Source: an uncultured Bacteroidales bacterium
Lineage (GTDB): Bacteria > Bacteroidota > Bacteroidia > Bacteroidales > WCHB1-69
Length of the DNA: 64,000 nt
Direction: 5' to 3'
Assembly (NCBI GenBank): GCA_937892025.1
Contig: CALAVA010000238.1
Span: forward strand, 43,784 to 107,783
In this document: in pieces, positions 54,545 to 64,000 of the stretch
How positions within the stretch are numbered: position 1 is the stretch's first letter
Layout: every line of letters starts with the position of its first letter
Notes under the pieces: generated by a model
The model's database searches: none
The model's input: the letters and a program-made list of their open reading frames with translations, nothing else
What the model was told of the DNA's origin: nothing
Made by a program: the position numbers and the translations under genes

Positions 54545-55402
54545 ATGAGCACAGGCGTTTTTGGGTCAATAAGGCCCGCAAATATAAATCCGGAAATAGA
54601 CGTTGACATGTATTATTATTATAGGCCAACAAGGGGAGAGACTGACCCAGATTTTAATGGCTATAAACAATTAAGTCCAAGTCAATGTCTTGGCTATTGT
54701 GTCACGGATTCAGATGAAGAAAAAATTATTGGTTTATATAATTTGAAACTTCCTTTAAATGTTTTCAATAAAAAGGGGGTTTATAGCATATATATTAAGC
54801 CAAAAGAATGCCCAACAACAATAATTGACGTTAGTGTGTTAGCGGCATATCCTAGTGTAAAAGGTGTCGTTTTGAACATAAGAGACCCATATTTAAGTGG
54901 AATAAACGACCTTACTGGTTATAGAATTGATTATGGCGATGGGGTTTCAAGATTAATAAAATCTTGCAATAGGTGTGAACCTGTAATTATTAATACAGGA
55001 GATGGATATCCAAAATCAACAAGATATAATCTGACTGATAGTAGTAGTAATTTGGTTTTCTGTACTGTCAGCCCATCTTCTTCGCCAACATATAAGACAA
55101 ATGCTTCTCCATATATTGGTGAGCCAGGCTTAGAAGTTAAGGTTGTGAACACAAAATTTAGCCCTAAGTTAATTGAAATTGAAATGGTTGACCACGATGC
55201 CGACACAATATCGTATATGCTTGAAGGTGACCAAGTTAACGATAGGGATAATGGAATTATTACCACTTATAATGAAGAACACGAAATATACCATCAATCT
55301 GATTTCTATGTAATTAAAGACAGACTTGGTAATCCGTTATATAACGTAAAGAGAAAGAGAGATAACATTGACCACGGTCAAGACTATGAAAATATAATTT
55401 AA
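54545..55402 (+). CDS. structural protein, function unknown
   Basis: 285-aa ORF in the same operon. Confidence 0.5.
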   Translation: MSTGVFGSIRPANINPEIDVDMYYYYRPTRGETDPDFNGYKQLSPSQCLGYCVTDSDEEKIIGLYNLKLPLNVFNKKGVYSIYIKPKECPTTIIDVSVLAAYPSVKGVVLNIRDPYLSGINDLTGYRIDYGDGVSRLIKSCNRCEPVIINTGDGYPKSTRYNLTDSSSNLVFCTVSPSSSPTYKTNASPYIGEPGLEVKVVNTKFSPKLIEIEMVDHDADTISYMLEGDQVNDRDNGIITTYNEEHEIYHQSDFYVIKDRLGNPLYNVKRKRDNIDHGQDYENII

Positions 55403-55403
55403 G

Positions 55404-58400
55404 ATGTCAAGGAAAGATAATTTAATCAAAAGCAAGTCAATCTATACGCTAAGAAGCAAACATATGAGTTTGCCTATTGGTACTATATACGAAAACGACC
55501 ATGTTACTATAATTCAGAACGATGGAATATATAACGATGAAATACCATTGTTTTCTGATTCAAATTTTAAATTTAGGATTGGACTTGGAAGCAAGGGTAA
55601 GAAAAGGCATTCAAGGGGTAATTTTGTTTCAATGGATGGAACTGAAACAAATGTTTGGACTCTTGATAATTTGCCGTTAGGCTCAAAAGCCGTTGATAGT
55701 TCAATAGTTTTAAAGCCTGATTATTCATCGTTAAGAGATTTTGCTTATTATGGTTCAGCTGTTGAGTTGATAAAAGCAACGGTTAACGATGTCATTTTAA
55801 GATACCCGGCTGGATTATATTATTTTCCGAGTGGTTCTGCTCCAACTGTTAGGGTTGGTGGTACAAATTATTACATGGTTTCAAATTCATTTAATATTGA
55901 TTTTTGGACACCAATTGGAATTGTTGACGATGATTTAGAAAATCCGTTAAGGGTTCTTGGTGCAAGTTATATGAATTATGAAAATGCGACAGGAGGTCCT
56001 GTTGGATTAACTTTATGTATAACAGGAGATTGTCTTAATTCTATAATCGGACAGGTTTCTTTTGATAGTAATGGCGGCAGTACGTTTAGTGGTGATAATG
56101 ATGGGAGAAGATTACTTGGTGATGGAATATATGGCGATGGTGATATTGGTAGGCTTACAATAACAGCAACAACAATGAACGGCGGACAGGAATATCCCAT
56201 AGAAAATGGTGATATTATTTTTAGGATAAAAACAAAGAAATCAGGCTGCATATTTGAAAATACTGCAAGGACTGGTATGAATGGTATCGCAACAATTATC
56301 TATCCAACAGACAAATGGTCTGGCGATTGTAGTAATGGTGAACTTTCAGACGCTGGATTTTGGACTGCAAGATATATAAATGATGAAGGTGATGTATATT
56401 ACAATATTAATGGAGAAAGGGTTATAGACAACAATGAAATTACTGACAAAATAGTTGTTCCTCAAAAAACACCAACTATTTATTATCCATTGATTGGGTA
56501 TGTTCACGAATGTGATAGTGAAAAGAAACCTATATCTGGTGTAACTGTTGTATTTTATATTGAAACGAGACAGGGAAATACGTTTTACAGTGGTGAATAT
56601 GTCACTGACAGAAACGGGCGTTCTTATTTTAATGATGGAGATACTTTATATTTAAATGGTGTTGTGCAGACTGCATTAAAAGAATATCCTGTTACTTGGT
56701 ATATAAAGGCAACATATAATGGTGTTGAAAAATATTCACATTCTGTAAGTATTGAATCAACAGCATGGGCTTCAGTTTGTTTTGATGTTGAAAATGATAA
56801 TTTTACGTTTGCAAGGTTTAGACTTAATGGTATGGTTGGTAGCGAAAATGTTGGCGATGGAAATGCTTCAACAATTTATTTTTATTCTCCTGAACATACT
56901 GATACATATACATTTAATGGCGTTACTAATTCAAACGGGTATTTTGAAGTAACAAAAGAAGAGTTTATTAATGAATACCCAAATGCCGCACCAATATTTG
57001 CTGATGCTGAAATGACATATAATGGTGAAACTAAAAGATGTGCTGAACAACTTTTTTTAACAACAGTATCAAATCCTCAATCATATGAAGCAACTGTATA
57101 TTTTGATGGGGGTGGAAGTGTTATTTCAAAAGGATTAATTGTTTATGTCTATAATGTCATTAATGGGCATAGAACGCCAAGACAGGGCGCTGTTGTTAAT
57201 TATTTTGTATATACAGACAAAAACATTGAGTATAGAAAGTCCGTTCCAACTGATGAAACAGGAAAGGCTGTTGCATATATGCCAGGAAGTGGATGGAGTG
57301 GTGGAAACGAGGCGGCACAAACTGATGCAAATAGATGGTTTGTAACTTGTGATTCTTTTAGTGGTGCTCTTGGGAATAGATATATAAAAAGAAATGAACT
57401 TAACAATTATATAGAAATACCAAAAACTAAAACTTGGGACAATGTTACTGTAAGAACCGTATATGAAGGTGATGGAAATCCAATAGCCAATGCCGTTTGT
57501 GTCGTTTGTGCAAAAACAAGTACGTCAAGAAGTTGGATGTACTATAAAAATGGATATACAAATTCTCAAGGTAATTTTTCAGTTGGAAATTCTCCTTCAA
57601 ATTGGATACACATTCATGGTACACCAACAGGAAATACGGATGATTTTGAAGTTTGGACAGCAAGCGCAGATTATAACGGGGTTCATAGAGAATGTTTACA
57701 GCCAAAACAAATTAATGATGATTTAGTTGTTTTTGAGTTTAAGAGAAAACAAACTCCATATATTCCACCATATTCTTATGATTGTGATTTGACTAATCCA
57801 TTTTACATTTATCTTGACGGAAATGGTGAAATGCACCTTTTAACTGATTTTCCTAACACAAATAGCGAAAGAAGCGTTATTATTAGACCAAAAAAAGAAT
57901 TCAGAGATGAATTTTGGGATAATTTGGACGATTTTGAAAAGGTTTTACTTGATAGAAACACTGTTCCTAGATATAAGGCAAGGTTGGAAAGCCCATATAT
58001 AAGCAATTATCAACATTATTATAAGTATAAGAATTATATATGGCCAACTCTTGATGGGGAATCGCCTGATGTTTCAAGTGCAAGATTTAATGGGTATTTG
58101 AAATCATTAATGGAAATTGCTGAATATTACGATGAATATGAATCAGACAATTTGTGGAGAATGATGACCCACGAATCAATTAAAAACCTTGATTATACTT
58201 TTGTTAGAAATGTTGAAAATGAGGATATTGATACATCAGATATTGATATGTCAAGAATGAAAGCTGTGATAAAAATTCACGGGAGAATGTATGATGACAT
58301 AAAGAGATATACTGATAATATAAAGGCAACAAATACAATTAGTTATAATGAAAAGAACAATGTTCCTGATTATTTCTTATCAGACAATATTGACATTGGT

Positions 58401-60086
58401 GGGTGGGATTTGAAATCAATAAACGAATTTCCGTTTGTTATAACAGATAATATATATCCATCGTGGCTTTCCGGTAAAACAACGACACAGATAAATGCTG
58501 ATTTTATGAGAAGATTAGCACTTAGTAGTGAATATATAATGTCAATGAAAGGAACAAGAAGAGGCATTGAGGCTGTTTTAGGCATGTTTGGTTATGAAAA
58601 TGGAAAAGATTATGACATTACTGAATATGTTGCCATTGCCAATAATTATCCTTCTCTTAATGAATTTTATTCTTATTTGATTTATAACAACTCATTCTAT
58701 CCTGGCTCAATTGACAATGAATATGATGTTTTAAGCGGGTATACTTGTGCTGCTGTAGATATTCCTGATACTGGTACATATTTGATACCTTGGTTTAATA
58801 AAGATGCTATACCGGCAAGTGATATGTATTTCCAAGAAAAAGGTGGATGGGGTAGACTGAAATCAAAAGACATTAATTTGTCAATAACAACTGCAAGAAA
58901 AATAGAAGAAGATTTTGATGTTAGTTTATATTCAGAAACAGCGCCATATATGATTTTTGTTAGTGACATAGAAGAATTAACGTCATTACCAAACAATATG
59001 CTCCGTGAAGATATGATTTGTTATGTAACTGATATAACAACAATGTATACGACATATTCGGGCGAAAATGATTATAACATTCATGTGCCGATACCTTTAA
59101 CCGGTTCTTCAAGTAATGAACAAGAAGAACCTGGTGTTGTGTATGAAAAAGGAATTTTAGGCGCTGCAACTGGCAATACACAAAATGACTATCAAGCTGA
59201 CCCGCAAAGAGATTTTTCACATTATTTCGTTCTTAAAAATATTGCTCTTTCTAATTATATAGGTTTTATAAAGAATGAAAGATATTCTTGTTATGGGTGG
59301 AGAAATATTTTATTAAGAGAGTTTAAAAACGGGCCAGCAACTGCTGATGGCCTTAGGGTTTTGTATTTAGAATCATTAGATTTGAATACAAAAGGAAATA
59401 ATCCACATTGTGGATATGGCGAATATGATGATGGTTCATCATATATCGAAAAATACAATCAAATATTCCATAAAACAATAAAAGAGGGTGAGTATGAATA
59501 TTTGAAATACGGTACACAAGATGATAGAGAGGTATATGAAGATATATTGACTTTTGGGTTTGATGTTAATAGCGGTGTAATTGACAACAAAAAGACACAC
59601 TATTTCTTACAAGACGGAATTTATTCAAGTAGGCGTAGTTCTGTTAGTCAAGTAGTAAATAATTCAGTTTCTCTTAATGGAACATATTATACGCTTATTG
59701 CGATAGATGATGATAGTGACGTGATGGACGAATCTGATTATGAAAGTTTTATCAACCCAGAAGATGGCGAAAAATACGAAGAAGCAGCAGCAAATTCAGT
59801 TATAAACACAAAGAATTTGTTAATTACGTTCTATACAAATGATAATGAGTTCTTTGAAAGATATATTAAAAAAGTTGTTATTATGTATTTAAAGGAAATG
59901 ATACCTTCAACAGCAATATTAAAATATGAGTTTAAGAAGAATAAGTCACAATTTGTCACTCCATCACTTCAAACCTCAAATTCTGTTCAAATTGAAGGTA
60001 CAACAGATGTTGTTGTTGGTGATATGGCAACAGCAAATTCAAACGATATGTACATAATTGAAAATAATGAAGGATTAATAGATTAA
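55404..60086 (+). CDS. large fibre/adhesin-like protein with about five tandem Ig-like (CarboxypepD_reg-like) domains
   Basis: 1560 aa. It has repeated modules ending in 'TD/TN..G.a....':
- 'IIFRIKTKKSGCIFENTARTGMNGIATIIY'
- 'GVTVVFYIETRQGNTFYSGEYVTDRNGRSYF'
- 'STIYFYSPEHTDTYTFNGVTNSNGYFEV'
- 'GAVVNYFVYTDKNIEYRKSVPTDETGKAVAYM'
- 'NAVCVVCAKTSTSRSWMYYKNGYTNSQGNFSV'. Confidence 0.5.
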   Translation: MSRKDNLIKSKSIYTLRSKHMSLPIGTIYENDHVTIIQNDGIYNDEIPLFSDSNFKFRIGLGSKGKKRHSRGNFVSMDGTETNVWTLDNLPLGSKAVDSSIVLKPDYSSLRDFAYYGSAVELIKATVNDVILRYPAGLYYFPSGSAPTVRVGGTNYYMVSNSFNIDFWTPIGIVDDDLENPLRVLGASYMNYENATGGPVGLTLCITGDCLNSIIGQVSFDSNGGSTFSGDNDGRRLLGDGIYGDGDIGRLTITATTMNGGQEYPIENGDIIFRIKTKKSGCIFENTARTGMNGIATIIYPTDKWSGDCSNGELSDAGFWTARYINDEGDVYYNINGERVIDNNEITDKIVVPQKTPTIYYPLIGYVHECDSEKKPISGVTVVFYIETRQGNTFYSGEYVTDRNGRSYFNDGDTLYLNGVVQTALKEYPVTWYIKATYNGVEKYSHSVSIESTAWASVCFDVENDNFTFARFRLNGMVGSENVGDGNASTIYFYSPEHTDTYTFNGVTNSNGYFEVTKEEFINEYPNAAPIFADAEMTYNGETKRCAEQLFLTTVSNPQSYEATVYFDGGGSVISKGLIVYVYNVINGHRTPRQGAVVNYFVYTDKNIEYRKSVPTDETGKAVAYMPGSGWSGGNEAAQTDANRWFVTCDSFSGALGNRYIKRNELNNYIEIPKTKTWDNVTVRTVYEGDGNPIANAVCVVCAKTSTSRSWMYYKNGYTNSQGNFSVGNSPSNWIHIHGTPTGNTDDFEVWTASADYNGVHRECLQPKQINDDLVVFEFKRKQTPYIPPYSYDCDLTNPFYIYLDGNGEMHLLTDFPNTNSERSVIIRPKKEFRDEFWDNLDDFEKVLLDRNTVPRYKARLESPYISNYQHYYKYKNYIWPTLDGESPDVSSARFNGYLKSLMEIAEYYDEYESDNLWRMMTHESIKNLDYTFVRNVENEDIDTSDIDMSRMKAVIKIHGRMYDDIKRYTDNIKATNTISYNEKNNVPDYFLSDNIDIGGWDLKSINEFPFVITDNIYPSWLSGKTTTQINADFMRRLALSSEYIMSMKGTRRGIEAVLGMFGYENGKDYDITEYVAIANNYPSLNEFYSYLIYNNSFYPGSIDNEYDVLSGYTCAAVDIPDTGTYLIPWFNKDAIPASDMYFQEKGGWGRLKSKDINLSITTARKIEEDFDVSLYSETAPYMIFVSDIEELTSLPNNMLREDMICYVTDITTMYTTYSGENDYNIHVPIPLTGSSSNEQEEPGVVYEKGILGAATGNTQNDYQADPQRDFSHYFVLKNIALSNYIGFIKNERYSCYGWRNILLREFKNGPATADGLRVLYLESLDLNTKGNNPHCGYGEYDDGSSYIEKYNQIFHKTIKEGEYEYLKYGTQDDREVYEDILTFGFDVNSGVIDNKKTHYFLQDGIYSSRRSSVSQVVNNSVSLNGTYYTLIAIDDDSDVMDESDYESFINPEDGEKYEEAAANSVINTKNLLITFYTNDNEFFERYIKKVVIMYLKEMIPSTAILKYEFKKNKSQFVTPSLQTSNSVQIEGTTDVVVGDMATANSNDMYIIENNEGLID

Positions 60087-60088
60087 AA

Positions 60089-61315
60089 ATGGGAAGAACA
60101 AGAGTTTTTAGTTGGAAAATAAAAGATAATGTTTATGGGTATTTGTATACGGGAAAAAACGATGGAAATCTTATATCTGAACGAATAACAGAACCAACAT
60201 TGTTAAGTACCATTGCTGACGCTGTTTCTAATATGACAGAAGAAGAATATTCTTCCGCATTTACGACACTAAATGGGCAAATAAATTCAAGGTATGGCGT
60301 ATCAATTCCTGGAACTTATTCTGACTATTATGGTTCTGATGCAGGCAATTATATAGTTCTTACGGGAAAAGATGGCTCTTCATTTACTAATCAAACTTAT
60401 GGAAAAGTTGACGGAGAAGCAATGAATAAAATTAAGGAGTACATTGATAGTAAGTTGAATATAGCCAAAGAGCAACTAAAAGAGGATGTAAATGCCGTTA
60501 ATGCCCAAACTATAGACAAAATAGAGCATGTTAATGCAAATGTTAGTGCTATTGTTAGTGCGGCTGAACAAGCACTTGAGGCTAACAACGCTGTAATGGC
60601 AAATAAACTTGAATCAGCTGCTTCTGCAATACAGACAGCAACAAAAATATTTGATTTGGAATCAAATGGCATTACAGCTGAAAAGTTGAAAACTGCAATT
60701 GATAATTATGATGATACAAAAACTTGGATTGAATCGAAAAATGCTGATTTAGAATCAAATAAGGCACAAATTAGTGCAATAATACCAAGACTTGATGAAA
60801 CACATAGTATGGTTGAACAAGTTGATGTAAAAGTTGATTCATACAAGGTAAATGTTGATACAAAACTTTCTCAATTGGAAAGCAATGTTAAAGATATTGA
60901 TAATAAGGTAAATAAAATCAAAACAAGTAGTTCAATCGAACAAGAAGTTGTTTCTGATGGAAATGAAGTAAATTATAGTAGAGGTATAGGTATAGGTGAA
61001 ACATACGATTCTATATATGAAACAGAAACAATTGACAATGAAGATGGTACTTTTGACATAAAAACCACTATAGGAAATGAAACTTTTGAAATGAAGGTTT
61101 TGGGGTTTGGTAATAAATTGGAAAATGAGGAAAAACATGTTGGACTTTCTGTTGCAAACAATGGATTTAAATATTTAGACAAAAGTGGTAGTTTTATTTC
61201 GATTATTGATGGCGACATTGTGCTTTCAAATGCCGATGGGAGTGGTAAAATAGAAATAAAAAGCGATGGCGTACATATAACTGGTAGAAAGAGGAAGCAG
61301 TCAACAGAAGAGTAA
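60089..61315 (+). CDS. coiled-coil fibre-like protein
   Basis: 408 aa. A long Ala/Asn/Glu-rich heptad region ('NAVNAQTIDKIEHVNANVSAIVSAAEQALEANNAVMANKLESAASAIQ'). A strong terminator follows. Confidence 0.45.
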   Translation: MGRTRVFSWKIKDNVYGYLYTGKNDGNLISERITEPTLLSTIADAVSNMTEEEYSSAFTTLNGQINSRYGVSIPGTYSDYYGSDAGNYIVLTGKDGSSFTNQTYGKVDGEAMNKIKEYIDSKLNIAKEQLKEDVNAVNAQTIDKIEHVNANVSAIVSAAEQALEANNAVMANKLESAASAIQTATKIFDLESNGITAEKLKTAIDNYDDTKTWIESKNADLESNKAQISAIIPRLDETHSMVEQVDVKVDSYKVNVDTKLSQLESNVKDIDNKVNKIKTSSSIEQEVVSDGNEVNYSRGIGIGETYDSIYETETIDNEDGTFDIKTTIGNETFEMKVLGFGNKLENEEKHVGLSVANNGFKYLDKSGSFISIIDGDIVLSNADGSGKIEIKSDGVHITGRKRKQSTEE

Positions 61316-61339
61316 TAATTTTATTTGGCAGATAAAAAT

Positions 61340-61369
61340 GGTCCGCAACGTGTTTGCGGGCCTTTTTTT
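61340..61369 (+). terminator. rho-independent terminator
   Basis: GGTCCGCAA (61340-61348) pairs with TTGCGGGCC (61354-61362), 9 bp with one G-U. A T7 run follows. Confidence 0.8.
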
Positions 61370-61377
61370 GTTTAAAA

Positions 61378-61404
61378 GAAACTATTTATATGAAAATATG
61401 TGTA
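61378..61404 (+). promoter_or_regulatory. extended TATTTATAT..GTGTA motif (candidate phage promoter/TIR)
   Basis: GAAACTATTTATATGAAAATATGTGTA lies 7 nt upstream of ATG 61412. It is 18 nt identical to 16301-16318. Confidence 0.5.
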
Positions 61405-61411
61405 CTTTTAA

Positions 61412-62458
61412 ATGGCAAGAATTGTAACAAATAAATATGTTAGTACAAACCAGATAACAAACAGGGATTTTTTTGATGGTATAAACCTTGCAAGCGATAG
61501 TTGTATTGATATGCTTGATATTGCAAGGGGTAGGATTATCATCTCAAATGAACCCGGCCATGAAGCAATATTTGTTCTCAGTAAGGACGGAATGAAACCA
61601 ATTATGGTTGCACAAAACCCTGAAAGTGAGATTCCTGCAAATATATTGAATTATTTGAATGAAAAAACAAGCGAGTTTGAAACCCGTGTTATCAATTCAG
61701 GTGACACAATATACAACACTCTTATTGAATATATAACTGAAATAAGTGGCACAACAAATAGTAGGTTATCTGAGTTTGATGAAGAAATACGCAACAATTT
61801 TGAAGAACAAAACGAAAGAATTGATGCAATTTCTTCATATACAATGAATTTGAAGATTACTGACCATTTTATGCTGACGGAAGACGAATACTTTGAGTTG
61901 TCAAATGAGTATGGCGCAAAGCAACTTGTTTTGACAAACGAAACGCCGACATATTGGTTAAATGGTCTTAATATTGGTGATGTTGTCTATTACAACCCTG
62001 ACATATATTATTGCATATATGAAGACGATGGTTCACACCACGAATATCCAACACCTGAAATTGATGGTAACGGAACAATGGATATTACAAGCGTTTATAC
62101 CATTGAGGACGAGCACGTTTTGGCACTTGAAAATGTTAACATAATTGATGATGGACACGTAATTGAGATTATAGAAAGTGAAAGTGGTGGAGGAAGCGAT
62201 GAAGACGTACCAACAATTAGTGGAAATGAAATGACAATTACATATGACATTTTACCTGAAGAACACGCAATAGTAATTGACGGTGCTGAACTTGGTGATG
62301 ATAACCACACAATAATATTGATAGAAAACAGTGGAGGCGATTCCGAAATATATGGCAATGTTTTTAGTGTTGAAACATTGGATATTGAAGAAACGTCAAA
62401 TTCCATTGTATTAAACGGAAATTATAGCGTAGAAAATAATATAGTAACAATAAATTAA
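61412..62458 (+). CDS. acidic structural protein with C-terminal internal repeats, function unknown
   Basis: 348 aa. The C-terminal 'EHVLALENVNIIDDGHVIEIIESESGG' and 'EHAIVIDGAELGDDNHTIILIENSGG' are repeats. Confidence 0.45.
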   Translation: MARIVTNKYVSTNQITNRDFFDGINLASDSCIDMLDIARGRIIISNEPGHEAIFVLSKDGMKPIMVAQNPESEIPANILNYLNEKTSEFETRVINSGDTIYNTLIEYITEISGTTNSRLSEFDEEIRNNFEEQNERIDAISSYTMNLKITDHFMLTEDEYFELSNEYGAKQLVLTNETPTYWLNGLNIGDVVYYNPDIYYCIYEDDGSHHEYPTPEIDGNGTMDITSVYTIEDEHVLALENVNIIDDGHVIEIIESESGGGSDEDVPTISGNEMTITYDILPEEHAIVIDGAELGDDNHTIILIENSGGDSEIYGNVFSVETLDIEETSNSIVLNGNYSVENNIVTIN

Positions 62459-62463
62459 AAATT

Positions 62464-64000
62464 ATGACAGATTTTATTAACAAATTTAAAAAAGGTAGTA
62501 CCTATTATGAAATTCATGCAGAAGAATCCGTAAAAGCACAAAGTGCTGATACTGCTGTTAGCGCTTTAACTGTTCAATCTGCTGAAGGTATTGGTAATGT
62601 AAGAAAATATAGTGGAGTTTATAGCGGGAAACAAAGAGAGGGCCTTTATTTCACTAATAATAGTGGTGAAGGTTCTGAAGCCGTTGTAGAACTTAATAGT
62701 AAAGGCAATTTTTCAATAGAATCATTAACAAAGCATTTGAATATTGAATCGGCAAAAGGTGTTCAAATTAAGCCGTCAACTACAATAATAATGGATTCAT
62801 CAAGAAGAATTAAGTCTGGAAAAGGAAATGAAATACAAGTAGAAGCCAAGTTTGATGATTTTGGTGATACTGCATATGACGGATATGATGGCTGTGATGA
62901 AGAGTGGGCTGAATTGAAACTTAATAGCAGAAATTTAGATTTAAGGTGCCATGACCACGGAGGTATTGCATTGCAAATTGCCGGAAAAGATAAAAATGGC
63001 AATGAAAATAAAATTAAGTTTGAGAGTGATAGAACAAACTCAATAAGTGAATCCGGTAACTATAATGGCGAAGGTGGTAAAGGACTTGAGTTTGGAACAT
63101 TTAACAATTTACATAGTTCGTTGTTCACTAAAGATTACAGGTTTAATAAAAATGGTAAAGTTTTTGCTGTAACAAGAGGACCGCTTGAAACGAATGATAA
63201 GGGTAAGACAGATTATCCTACGCAATCCGATGATTTTAAGGATATAATAAATGAAGCAACCGCATCAGCAACTTGGCAAACAATTGTTACCGTTGCTGAT
63301 AAGTACAAAGAATTGAAAGATTTTACGGTTGAAAGTGATGTACAGGCTTTGATTACAGCAAGGGCTGCTGAACTTGCTGGTGGCGGTTCTATTTCATTAG
63401 ACGGATATGCGACTGAAAGATATGTACAAGATTATGTATCTGAGCATGGTGGCACTTCTGGCGGAGGAAATTATGAAGCAGGTAGTGGAATCCATATAGA
63501 AGATAATGTTATAAGCGTTAATGGATATGCAAATCTTGAGCCATTAACAGCATTAACAGATAACGTTGTTTCACTTAATGATATTAAAATAGGTAAGAGT
63601 AAGGGTAATTTTTCTGTTGATGTAACTGGCGAATATACATGGGAACAAACAGCCCCAAAATCTGCAACTACAATTGACGAGCGTGGAAATGTTTTATACC
63701 CAGGAGAAAGGGTTGTTTTACATACAAATGAGGCTTTTTACGAGGACACAAATAAGGTATATTATAAAGCTGGTGTTGAAACAACTCTTGCTGATGGAGA
63801 AACTATAGCACCAAAGAATACAATAGTTTATAGACCTGAATACACAATATCATTTGATGATGTTCCATCTGAAGGAGAAGAATCTTATGCTTATTATTTA
63901 ATGGGTGATAATGAAGAATCTTATTATGAAAATCCTGCAAACTCATATTATAAATGCAAAGCAAAAACTGGTGCTACATATTTTAACGGAGATGAAGCAC
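62464..64000 (+). CDS. tail fibre-like protein, 3'-truncated by the window edge (absent from the ORF track because it has no stop)
   Basis: ATG 62464 (MTDFINKFKKGSTYYEIHAEE...) stays open to position 64000 by my own translation. It is Gly/Asn/Ser-rich with a 'GGGSISLDGYATERYVQDYV' collar-like segment. Confidence 0.6.
   Translation, partial: MTDFINKFKKGSTYYEIHAEESVKAQSADTAVSALTVQSAEGIGNVRKYSGVYSGKQREGLYFTNNSGEGSEAVVELNSKGNFSIESLTKHLNIESAKGVQIKPSTTIIMDSSRRIKSGKGNEIQVEAKFDDFGDTAYDGYDGCDEEWAELKLNSRNLDLRCHDHGGIALQIAGKDKNGNENKIKFESDRTNSISESGNYNGEGGKGLEFGTFNNLHSSLFTKDYRFNKNGKVFAVTRGPLETNDKGKTDYPTQSDDFKDIINEATASATWQTIVTVADKYKELKDFTVESDVQALITARAAELAGGGSISLDGYATERYVQDYVSEHGGTSGGGNYEAGSGIHIEDNVISVNGYANLEPLTALTDNVVSLNDIKIGKSKGNFSVDVTGEYTWEQTAPKSATTIDERGNVLYPGERVVLHTNEAFYEDTNKVYYKAGVETTLADGETIAPKNTIVYRPEYTISFDDVPSEGEESYAYYLMGDNEESYYENPANSYYKCKAKTGATYFNGDEA

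Noticed and set aside
1178-63002. All other minus-strand ORFs in the track (60-149 aa).
   Set aside because: Each is fully nested inside a long + strand gene and has low-complexity, hydrophobic translations typical of antisense AT-rich DNA. None sits in an intergenic gap.
1-64000. Genome-wide TAG (or TGA) stop-codon reassignment, as reported for some gut phages.
   Set aside because: ORFs of up to 2049 codons are uninterrupted under the standard code. TAG and TGA terminate genes at sensible boundaries (for example TAG 1953 inside a terminator). Only the single TAG at 15108 looks read-through-like.
1-64000. Prophage or integrative-element boundaries, defence or anti-defence islands, toxin-antitoxin pairs.
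   Set aside because: I saw no integrase, recombinase, att-like direct repeats, host genes, or recognisable defence-system domains. The gene content is that of a lytic phage.

Overview
AT-rich 64-kb slice of a large virulent phage with a contractile-tail type baseplate. Its gene content is distantly T4-like. Every credible gene is on the + strand, and translation starts lack Shine-Dalgarno sequences, which suggests a Bacteroidota-type host (inference).

Gene order:
- 2-400: the end of a Vsr-like nuclease gene.
- 404-15640: hub and tail-tube block. It holds a gp26-like hub subunit, an overlapping +1-frame ORF, a 1117-aa tape measure, a 1160-aa gp48/54-like tube-initiator with an OmpA-like insert, a LysM-like protein, and a 1935-aa hub protein. 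The hub protein carries an amidase domain, then an NlpC/P60 domain reachable only across an in-frame TAG plus a -1 shift.
- 15687-17547: three unknown genes, one encoding an MGGDP-repeat protein.
- 17677-31516: replication and nucleotide block with gp32-like SSB, thymidine kinase, RecA/UvsX-like ATPase, PhoH, FEN/RNase H, DnaB/gp41-like helicase, NrdD and NrdG. Two homing-endonuclease cassettes interrupt it.
- 31597-38254: a terminator-bracketed glycosylation island (one sugar-nucleotide epimerase/dehydratase plus up to six glycosyltransferase-type domains).
- 38455-64000: baseplate wedge (gp25-like, gp6/J-like) followed by giant structural or fibre proteins of 2049, 996, 617, 836, 285, 1560, 408 and 348 aa, and a 3'-truncated fibre.

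I saw no rRNA, tRNA, CRISPR array, integrase or recognisable defence system.

Best leads:
- the phage-borne glycosylation island abutting the baseplate and fibre genes;
- the recoded or decaying lysin extension of the hub protein;
- a recurrent TATTTAT-type intergenic motif that looks like a phage-specific promoter;
- structured RNA flanking a homing-endonuclease gene with five Zn-ribbon repeats.

All family assignments come from reading motifs by eye. No searches were run.
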